From the NCBI GenBank assembly GCA_023432465.1, contig JAEYUO010000117.1:25239-89238 (forward strand): a stretch of 64,000 nucleotides of DNA. The letters run 5' to 3'. This document shows positions 41,701-50,092 of this stretch, piece by piece; the stretch's first letter is position 1; each line of letters opens with the position of its first letter. Made by a program: the position numbers and the translations under genes. This DNA is from Planctomycetota bacterium (GTDB taxonomy: Bacteria; Planctomycetota; Phycisphaerae; Phycisphaerales; UBA1924). The notes beneath the pieces were generated by a model that saw only the letters and a list, made by a program, of their open reading frames with translations, made no database searches and was not told the origin of the DNA.

Positions 41701-42124
41701 GAGGGAAGGCGATCGCCACCGGCCCGCTCCCATAGGGCAGACTGATCGTGGCCGTCTCCATGCCTGTCGCCGCGTCGATCACAAAGACCCGGTCGGAATC
41801 CTGAGCGGCGACCCAGATCTCGCTCCCGCCGGGCCTGATCGCCAGAGCCCGCGGGTTGTGCGGCCCGCCGGTCGCCGGCAGCGCAAACTCCAGAATGCTG
41901 TTGTCGGCGGTCGCCAAACGCGAGATGCTGTTGTGATCCGGGTTGACGAACCAGACGAACGCGCCGTCGGCCGTGGCATGGATCGGGCCGCTCTTATGCA
42001 GGATCGCGCCATCGCCGCGCGCAATACCGCCAAGGGCCAGCACCGCCGCCACGCCGAAGCCAAAATATCGCCCCACGATCGGTTGAGATCCCATCCCTAT
42101 CCTCATTATGCCTCCGAAGAGCAC
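38720..42124 (-). CDS. Secreted giant protein: beta-propeller (YVTN-like) + di-haem cytochrome c peroxidase-like region + Ig-like domain + C-terminal dockerin/EF-hand-like module ending in GC
   Basis: A signal-like N-terminus is present. Propeller-type repeats include 'RVFVIDAATG' and 'DTVSIVDATT'. Two CxxCH sites are present, 'CASCHPGGETDGFVWDF' and 'CITCHPAPAYTDFAFHNVG'. The Ig-like segment reads 'DSTPPRVVAMLPVSMTSVEVVFSEAVDP'. The C-terminus reads 'DCNNNGRIDSCD...DWNANGTADVPDIFGFLSAWFA...VSDIFAFLAAWFAGCPT'. Confidence 0.8.
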   Translation of the reverse strand: MLFGGIMRIGMGSQPIVGRYFGFGVAAVLALGGIARGDGAILHKSGPIHATADGAFVWFVNPDHNSISRLATADNSILEFALPATGGPHNPRALAIRPGGSEIWVAAQDSDRVFVIDAATGMETATISLPYGSGPVAIAFPPSGDSALIAMYRSDTVSIVDATTRTVLKSFENMAAKPLSITFTGATTASVAHQFNDGDHGYVSVIDTDTLTMGTVHRIRSIDPKFGFQIPSEDPRVPEGGWIFPTSQIAVRPTTSELWIPMQLHNFRANPFSSDTVIQAAVLKHDLASLEFDLNNRVVFSAVIAHSQTSQLLGDGWNAGVAGPSDIAFNSDGSVALISMAHSNDVLVVPSSTGIAKPFNAPPLQELPVGDNPIGLAWSPVADRVYVLNYLSRDVSILDAQTWTEIARVAAVASQEPLDADILLGAKIFNSSNDFRISSNQKVSCASCHPGGETDGFVWDFSTLNAGRRKTLTMRGQSISMAPQANGRGQLHRSGDRDEVQDFEFTFSGNFMLGSGFLGLPNDPLGAPNAGLSPELDAMAAFVLSLPPLMRSPHRNTDGTLTEAAIRGAMLYQLTEGPLATGCITCHPAPAYTDFAFHNVGGFRPLPDFEGPAFNTPSLVSSWDSGGFRQVVPISGAAITRQVGLKMWDVLRSTDTGGLQPDLHGNVSQLSHALMRDLEAFLNELDGNLAAVDITTLTDSTPPRVVAMLPVSMTSVEVVFSEAVDPVTASDPGNYTLTDGTSVFEPTAATVNAELGNRVRLTVPLVYSGCTSTYTLIPGPIADLAQALGAPQANVLDVEDLDNRKSFVMDGTITVTFGDAGIQTFPGVASDASFDPRQGQANTSLDRMIINPTTVPETKGFVRFGFTDVLAADCGLSDPNLILDARFSVLPDFGAPTTLEVRRVLKPWGDPERDNCISCPGAVTNNHARFNTVPWTITGARLLGGTGTSPAEYHPSQTFVDAAGSTDGEVAMTNVESRIEFAGSGITDAFRFWMANPSLNYGYIVETVGTSGPIVEFWSSEADGGALGPVLSITFAVPVTPLEPDCNNNGRIDSCDIALGYSLDEDESGVPDECELPPCPADWNANGTADVPDIFGFLSAWFAMEPAANFDGVGGIEVSDIFAFLAAWFAGCPT

Positions 42125-42362
42125 GGACCCTCTTCGTGCGTTCCGGCTTCACGGGAAACTCAGGCGCCCTGCACCGACAGCGTCAGAGCGGTGGCTCCCG
42201 GATCGCAGAAAGAAGCAGAACGTAGCCTACCCCATGATCCGGCAAAGACGAAGAGGTTCCAGAAACGATTCGTGAATCCGAATACGATCAGAATGCGAAC
42301 ATTCTTGTTCGCTTGGTCCCGTCAGCCGCGTCATATCGTCGGTGGGTCCGCAGGAGGGTTTG

Positions 42363-43442
42363 ATGACAGAAGCACGTGAGTCTGCTCCCCGGCCCCAGGA
42401 GTCGTTGATGGACGATGCAACCGCCGAGATTGCCCGGTTTCGGACCGACTATCTCGCGGTTCGCGAGCAGGTCCTTCGGGTCATCGTCGGACACGAGGAT
42501 GTCGTCGACGGGGTCCTCACCTGCCTGTTCTGCGATGGCCACGCGCTCCTTGAGGGAGTTCCCGGGCTGGGCAAGACGCTGTTGATTCGCACGCTTGCGC
42601 GCGCCCTGCAACTGACGTTCTCACGCGTCCAGTTCACCCCGGACCTCATGCCCGCGGATATCTCCGGAACGACGGTGGTGATGGAGTCGGAGCAAGGCTC
42701 CACAGCGCCATCGCGGCAGTTTGTGTTTCAGCCCGGCCCGGTGTTCGCACAGATCGTCCTCGCCGACGAGATCAACCGCGCGACGCCCAAGACCCAGTCC
42801 GCGATGCTCGAAGCGATGCAGGAGCGCAGCGTCACTGTGGGAGGTGTCACACACGCGCTCCCGAAGCCGTTCCTGGTCATGGCAACGCAGAATCCGATCG
42901 AGCAGGAGGGCACGTACCCGCTCCCGGAGGCGCAGCTGGACCGGTTTTTCTTCAAGCTCCTCGTGAGCTTCGGCGGCAGGAGCGAGCTTGCGGAGATTCT
43001 CAACCGCACCACCTCAGGCCGATCGGAGGATGTGCTCCCCGTGCTCACCGCCGAGCAGATCACCGCCCACCAGCGACTGGTTCAGCGTGCGGTGATCGCA
43101 CCGCCCGTTCAGGACTATGCGGTGCGTGTAGTGCTCGCGACCCACCCGCGCGGGCGCGCCGGCTCAGGCACGCTGCAGGAATCGTTCTCGACTCCCCTGG
43201 TGGATCGCTATGTGCGACTTGGCGCCTCGCCCCGGGCCGCGCAGGCAATCGTTCTCGCGGCCAAGTGCCGGGCGCTTCTCGATGGCCGGGCGGCCGCATC
43301 GATCCACGATGTGCAGCAGATGGCACGCCCAGCGCTTCGTCACCGCCTCATTCTCAACTTCGAAGCCCAGGCGGAGGGCGTGTCGGCCGACGCTCTCATT
43401 GAGAACATTCTCGCGACGCTCCCCACGCGATCAGACACCTGA
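42363..43442 (+). CDS. moxR: MoxR-family AAA+ ATPase
   Basis: The start is ATG 42363, with GGAGGG upstream. It carries 'HALLEGVPGLGKTLLIRTLA', 'RVQFTPDLMPADISGT' and 'VLADEINRATPKTQSAMLEAMQERSVTV'. Confidence 0.9.
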   Translation: MTEARESAPRPQESLMDDATAEIARFRTDYLAVREQVLRVIVGHEDVVDGVLTCLFCDGHALLEGVPGLGKTLLIRTLARALQLTFSRVQFTPDLMPADISGTTVVMESEQGSTAPSRQFVFQPGPVFAQIVLADEINRATPKTQSAMLEAMQERSVTVGGVTHALPKPFLVMATQNPIEQEGTYPLPEAQLDRFFFKLLVSFGGRSELAEILNRTTSGRSEDVLPVLTAEQITAHQRLVQRAVIAPPVQDYAVRVVLATHPRGRAGSGTLQESFSTPLVDRYVRLGASPRAAQAIVLAAKCRALLDGRAAASIHDVQQMARPALRHRLILNFEAQAEGVSADALIENILATLPTRSDT

Positions 43443-43451
43443 GTGCGGCCC

Positions 43452-45296
43452 TCACCGCGACTTGCCGGGGAAGCCATCCCACGCGCCGAGTTCGATCGCC
43501 GCATGCGGCGGACGGTCCTCCCACGGGAACACCGGCCGCGGCCACGAAGACCGCATGCCCGTGGGGTCTGTTCGAGTGATGCCCAAACGAATCCAGTGAC
43601 CGTCCGCGAGCACACTCTCGGGGAGCGGAACCCACGCACTCCACCCGCCGTCTGCCTGTTCGACGGCCGCGAGGCTGCTCTCGCCGCGAGAAGTCACGAC
43701 CTGGCCATCGGCGAAAGCTCGTAGTGTGACCTCACCACCCTTGCCGGCGAGATGGATCAGAACCTCATCCGTCCATTCACCCGCGGAAGCAGGCGGGACG
43801 CGGCACTCCACATACAAGAGCCATCGGCGCCGTGTCGCGGGCGACTCGCCCGAGCCCGCGATGTCCTGCGTAAGCAGCATCGCGGCGGTCTTTCGCAGAT
43901 CATCGCTGACTGGTTGGCCGAGCCCTGCCGGCGTGGGACCGGTGCGGGTGCTGCCGGAATCGGTGCACGCTTCCAGCCAGGTTCCCATCGTCCAGTCGTG
44001 GAAGAACGGGGCGAGCGATAGACCCGGCGGACGAGCGGGCAGCGCGCGATGAACGACCGACCGTCGCGCTGTCCAGTCTCCCAATCCCACGATCAAGCCG
44101 GCATCGCCCCCAAGCCCGGGGTCTGCGCCAACCAGCGTTGTCTCGACCACAGCGGGATTCAGCGACACGATCTCCTCTGGCCGCGAGGCGGCGGGGCGGC
44201 TGATCATCATCGCCGTCGGGCCGGACCGGGGATTCAGTATCAGGCCTGCGACTCGGGCCGCGGTGACGCCCGAGGCAAAGTCAACAAGCGCCGCATCGTC
44301 CGCGACCCACGCGGCATGCCGTGGCAGCGCATGCAGCCAGTCGCGAACACGCCGAGATCGAGCCTGCGCGGAGACGGAGGGCGAAAGCAGATCCCGGAGG
44401 AGGCGTCCGAGAGAGCCGTCATCGACAGGCCACGCGGGTACCCGGGCAGAGCCGAACTCCGTCAGCAGTCCGAGTCGGTCCCGGAACTCCCCGGCAAGGG
44501 CGGCATCCGCCGCGCCCAGACGATCCAAAGCCTCACTCCATTCAGACTCGATCTGTTCCGCAAGCGACTCAAGCGTCTTGTCGCCGAATTCATCGCGAGC
44601 CGGCCCGGGTGCGACCAGGGGTTCGCCCGCGGCCATCCGGGCCCGCCAGCGGTCATAGGGGGACCGGCGTGCCGAGTCGAGACAGGCCTCGGCCCAACCC
44701 GTGATTGCTCCTCGATCCCGTGGCGGCGTGTCGAACGGCACGCGTCGGAGCCAGCCGGTCGCGATGCGGCGTCCGTCGAGCACAAGCTGTTGCCCCTCTA
44801 CTTCAGGGGGAATATCTATCGCAAGGTACCATTGCCCCTCATGCAGGGGGGCTTCTCGGCGAATCGCCGCGCTGGCCGAGAGTGCCTCCCACGAGGCTCC
44901 GGCATTCATCCATGTCGCCGCTCGAAACGCGACAAGCGCGGCACCGATCGTCTGCCGAGCCTTCGGAGCGTTCTCTCCCGGCCCGTTCCGCACGCCCGGT
45001 CCAACCCACCAAAGGGGGGCATACAGAACCGCGCCACCGCTCATTCGCGCGAGCACCAGCCCTTCGCGAATCTGCGCCTGTGACGGATCGAACGGCACGA
45101 CCAGTTGGGCGCCGGAACGGGCCCAAACCTCGATCTGACCGGCGTTCCGCTCGTCCGGGGCGGAGACGGGTTGGGTCGAATCGACCCGCTCGGTGTTGGC
45201 CGAGCCGCTCGCCGCGAACAGCGCCATCGAAAGTAGCGCGATGAGAAGCAGGAGGGGTGAGCGCCGAAAGTCACGCCCCGGGGTCTCCGATAACAC
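43452..45296 (-). CDS. Hypothetical secreted protein (about 615-637 aa)
   Basis: ORF 43452..45365. The signal-like sequence 'RRSPLLLLIALLSMALFAASGSA' is present. The track start overlaps the divergent gene at 45340, so in-frame GTG 45296 is more likely. I recognise no family. Confidence 0.5.
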   Translation of the reverse strand: MLSETPGRDFRRSPLLLLIALLSMALFAASGSANTERVDSTQPVSAPDERNAGQIEVWARSGAQLVVPFDPSQAQIREGLVLARMSGGAVLYAPLWWVGPGVRNGPGENAPKARQTIGAALVAFRAATWMNAGASWEALSASAAIRREAPLHEGQWYLAIDIPPEVEGQQLVLDGRRIATGWLRRVPFDTPPRDRGAITGWAEACLDSARRSPYDRWRARMAAGEPLVAPGPARDEFGDKTLESLAEQIESEWSEALDRLGAADAALAGEFRDRLGLLTEFGSARVPAWPVDDGSLGRLLRDLLSPSVSAQARSRRVRDWLHALPRHAAWVADDAALVDFASGVTAARVAGLILNPRSGPTAMMISRPAASRPEEIVSLNPAVVETTLVGADPGLGGDAGLIVGLGDWTARRSVVHRALPARPPGLSLAPFFHDWTMGTWLEACTDSGSTRTGPTPAGLGQPVSDDLRKTAAMLLTQDIAGSGESPATRRRWLLYVECRVPPASAGEWTDEVLIHLAGKGGEVTLRAFADGQVVTSRGESSLAAVEQADGGWSAWVPLPESVLADGHWIRLGITRTDPTGMRSSWPRPVFPWEDRPPHAAIELGAWDGFPGKSR

Positions 45297-45339
45297 CCGG
45301 GGTGGGTTGCACGGCTGCTGAAACACCGGGAGGCACGAG

Positions 45340-45648
45340 ATGGTGCTTTGTGAGTCGGATTGCACGCATGTGTTCCGTGTCTACCTGCCCCAGGCCACGA
45401 CTGTTGAACTGGTTGGGGCGTTCAGCAACTGGCGTGAGAGCCCCATCGCACTCGTGCGCGAGCATAGCGGATGGTGGTCTGTACGGCTGGAACTCCCTCC
45501 GGGTGACCACGAGTTTTCATATCTCGTCGATGGCTCCACGTGGCTCCCCGACTACGCGGCATCCGGCGTCCGGCGGAACGGCTTTGGCGGCTGGGTGAGC
45601 CAGGTTGTTGTACCGGCCCAGCGCCGCCCAGCCGCACGCGCGGCCTGA
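45340..45648 (+). CDS. Small E-set / CBM48-like (glycogen-binding, AMPK-beta-like) domain protein
   Basis: The sequence 'VFRVYLPQATTVELVGAFSNWRESPIALVREHSGWWSVRLELPPGDHEFSYLVDGSTWLPD' fits the CBM48/early-set pattern. Confidence 0.6.
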   Translation: MVLCESDCTHVFRVYLPQATTVELVGAFSNWRESPIALVREHSGWWSVRLELPPGDHEFSYLVDGSTWLPDYAASGVRRNGFGGWVSQVVVPAQRRPAARAA

Positions 45649-45678
45649 CCTGCTCTGGGACTGGCCGCCGGAATGAAA

Positions 45679-45703
45679 ACGGGCCGGCGAGGTGCCGGCC
45701 CGT
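45679..45703. terminator. Hairpin between convergent genes (CBM48-like gene / gdh)
   Basis: 10-bp stem ACGGGCCGGC / GCCGGCCCGT with a 5-nt loop. The flanking U-tracts are weak. Confidence 0.45.
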
Positions 45704-45732
45704 CGGGAAACCAATGAATCGGCCCCGTAGAT

Positions 45733-47076
45733 TTACGGGAAGAGGCCGCGGACCTGGTAGACCTTGCCGATGTTCTCAAGCGCGGCGATGTAGGACGCGG
45801 TCCGCATGTCGCAGTTGTACTTCTGACGCGAGAGCTTGGTTCGGCGGGCGGCCATGACCATGTGGCGGTTGAGCGCCTGGTCAACCTCTTCGGCATCCCA
45901 CGAGACGCAGCTCTTGTTCTGAACCCACTCGAAGTAGGACACGGTCACGCCACCCGCGTTCGCGAGGATGGCGGGGATGACCTCGATGCCGCGCTCGGTC
46001 AGGACGCGGTCACCGGCGGGAGTGGTCGGGGCGTTGGCGCCCTCGACGACAACCTTGGCGTTGATCCAGCCGGCCTGCTGCTCCTGCACCATCTGCTCAA
46101 GAGCGGCCGGGATGAAGGCATCGACCTTGGTCTTGTAGAATTCCTCAACGGAGATCTTGGACGAGTTCGCGAAGCCGGCGACGCCGCCGGTCTTGGCGAC
46201 ATGGACCGCGAGCGCCTCGGTGTCGATGCCCTTCTCGTTGAAGATCGCGCCGGTGTGATCCATGACGCTCAGGAGCTTTGAGCCCATCTTGCCGAGGATG
46301 CGCCCAGTCCAGGAGCCGACGTTTCCGTAGCCGATCAGGCTGAAGGTCATTCCCTCCATCTTGATGCCAAGCTCAGGGGCGAGCTCGACGAGGGTGTCGA
46401 CCAGTCCCTGGCCGGTGGCCTTCTCGCGTCCGGCCGAACCGCCGTACTCAATGGGCTTGCCGGTGACCACCGCTTCGGGATTGTGCCCGCCCATCTCGGA
46501 CAGGAAGGTGAACGTGTCAGCGATCCACGCCATGTGCTGAGCGTTGGAGCCGACATCCGGCGCGGGAATGTCGTAGTCCGGTCCGATCTGGTGCGCGATC
46601 GCGGTGGTGAATCGTCGGACGATGCGCTCCATCTCGCCGGCGGAGTGCTTCCTTGGGTCAACCTTGATGCCGCCCTTGCCGCCGCCGAAGGGCACGCGGA
46701 CGAGCGAGGTCTTCATGGTCATCAGGAACGCGAGGCTCTTGACGTCGTCGAGGTGCGTGTCGGGGTGGAATCGCACGCCGCCCTTGTACGGGCCGAGCGC
46801 GTTGTTGTGCTGAACGCGGTAGCCCTTGAACAGCTTGAAGGTTCCGTCGTCCATCCGGACGGGGAAGTGCACCATGATCTCGTTCTTCGGCTGCGCGAGG
46901 ATCAGCTGAATCTCGTGCGGCAACTCCATCATCTCCGCCGCGGTCAGCATGGTGTCCACGGTCTGGAGGTACAGGTTGTTCGGGTCGCGCGGCAATCCAA
47001 CCTCGTCGAACACCGGGCTCTTGAACAACTCGCGGCGCGGTGCGGTCGACGGCTTCGAAGGGGCGATCGTGGTCAT
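45733..47076 (-). CDS. gdhA: Glutamate dehydrogenase (Glu/Leu/Phe/Val dehydrogenase family)
   Basis: ORF 45733..47265; I moved the start to ATG 47076. It carries 'GYRVQHNNALGPYKGGVRFHP', 'VPFGGGKGG' and the Rossmann motif 'LIGYGNVGSW'. Confidence 0.9.
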   Translation of the reverse strand: MTTIAPSKPSTAPRRELFKSPVFDEVGLPRDPNNLYLQTVDTMLTAAEMMELPHEIQLILAQPKNEIMVHFPVRMDDGTFKLFKGYRVQHNNALGPYKGGVRFHPDTHLDDVKSLAFLMTMKTSLVRVPFGGGKGGIKVDPRKHSAGEMERIVRRFTTAIAHQIGPDYDIPAPDVGSNAQHMAWIADTFTFLSEMGGHNPEAVVTGKPIEYGGSAGREKATGQGLVDTLVELAPELGIKMEGMTFSLIGYGNVGSWTGRILGKMGSKLLSVMDHTGAIFNEKGIDTEALAVHVAKTGGVAGFANSSKISVEEFYKTKVDAFIPAALEQMVQEQQAGWINAKVVVEGANAPTTPAGDRVLTERGIEVIPAILANAGGVTVSYFEWVQNKSCVSWDAEEVDQALNRHMVMAARRTKLSRQKYNCDMRTASYIAALENIGKVYQVRGLFP

Positions 47077-47194
47077 GATCCTCGCCTGATGCGTGGTGCA
47101 ACATCCGCCGCGGCGTTGATTGGCCCAATTGAGCGGACCGCTTCCGGCAGGTTGCCTGATCGCGGCGTACGCTCCGTGATCGGGCAAGAAAGTC

Positions 47195-47232
47195 GGAAAC
47201 GCGCCGGCCGCGGCGTGTGGCGGCGCGTTTCC
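47195..47232. repeat. Perfect 11-bp inverted repeat in the gdh / hypothetical-gene divergent region
   Basis: GGAAACGCGCC - 16 nt - GGCGCGTTTCC. On the - strand it is followed by GACTTTCTTG, about 120 nt upstream of the gdh start. Confidence 0.4.
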
Positions 47233-47266
47233 CAGTCGTCGGTTGGCCCGGCGAACAGGGAACACG

Positions 47267-47677
47267 ATGATACTCTACCACTCCGCGGATCTCTTCTGGG
47301 CGACGCGGATCAAAGGCACCGCCGATGGACTGGGAATCCCCGCCCGCCCGGTGCGAACCATCGACATGCTCGAAGCGCGGCTGGCCGACTCCACCATCAA
47401 GGCGATGGTTGTGGATCTCGATGCGCCGGAAATCGCGGTACTTCTGATCAATAGGCTCCGATGCCCGAACGCGACCCCCACGGAACGTGGTATCGTGATC
47501 CTCGCGTATGGCCCTCACGTCGCCGTCGATGCCTTTGAGACCGCGCGCAAGGCCGGTGCGGACCGGGTTCTGGCTCGGGGCGCGTTTGCCCGCAACCTGC
47601 CGGACTGGCTTCGGGCACTGAGTGGTGGGGCGGGTACGTTTGCGCACGCCCGGGACTCTCTGCCGATCGAGGAGTAA
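47267..47677 (+). CDS. Hypothetical protein, receiver/Rossmann-like fold suspected
   Basis: Uses internal ATG 47267 of ORF 47243..47677. The sequence 'MILYHSADLFW...IKAMVVDLDAPE...IVILAYGPHVAVDAFETARKAGADRVLARG' shows an alternating beta/alpha pattern. I recognise no catalytic motif. Confidence 0.45.
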   Translation: MILYHSADLFWATRIKGTADGLGIPARPVRTIDMLEARLADSTIKAMVVDLDAPEIAVLLINRLRCPNATPTERGIVILAYGPHVAVDAFETARKAGADRVLARGAFARNLPDWLRALSGGAGTFAHARDSLPIEE

Positions 47678-47960
47678 GGCGCAGCGGAATTCTGGCCGCA
47701 ACTGTGTGCGGCGACTATCCTTGCCGCTCCGGCAAATGGCCGGGCCGAGTATCTCCTGCGTGGTGCAGGAGCGGCAGACCGCACCCCTAGCCGCCCCTGT
47801 GGGGCATCCAGACGCACGATCGTCCCTGACCCGGCCGCCCGCGACCAACGTGGCGGCCCGTTTCTTCGGGACGGATCAGCGCACCGGAGCCACCCTCAGG
47901 AGTCCTGTTCACACCGCGCCGGCGGCCGCGAAGTGTCATCGATCGGAAAGCACAAAGCAC

Positions 47961-49754
<1,794 letters not shown>

Positions 49755-49780
49755 GCCGTCCGATAGCCCGTCAAATGCAC

Positions 49781-49818
49781 AACGCCCGGCCTGGTTCGCA
49801 GGCCGGGCGTTTTCAATT
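49781..49818. terminator. Strong hairpin terminator after rpsA
   Basis: 11-bp stem AACGCCCGGCC / GGCCGGGCGTT with a 9-nt loop, followed by TTCAATTGTT. Confidence 0.65.
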
Positions 49819-49884
49819 GTTCAGTCTCAAGATCAAGTGCGTGAGGCGTGGCTCCGACGCGGCGGCCGGGCCGTATAACCTCTA

Positions 49885-49968
49885 TCAGCACAGAGCGATG
49901 AAGCTCAGGATGGCCAGGAGAGCGATCTTCTTGCGGTTCTCGGTGAGCTGGGTGAGTGCGGCGATCAT
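49885..49968 (-). CDS. Candidate 27-aa hydrophobic mini-protein
   Basis: ATG 49968 lies 6 nt after GGAGA. The product is 'MIAALTQLTENRKKIALLAILSFIALC'. It sits in an otherwise non-coding gap, antisense to the implausible N-terminal extension of track ORF 49604..52066. Confidence 0.35.
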   Translation of the reverse strand: MIAALTQLTENRKKIALLAILSFIALC

Positions 49969-50092
49969 GATGTATCTCCAGTTGTCTGATGGACTTAGTA
50001 CAACACCCATGCCACACGAGTCCAGCCCGTGCCAGTGCCGCGAATCAAGCCGCCAACGAAGTTGCCGGTCCTGTAACGTAGCACCCCCGGAG

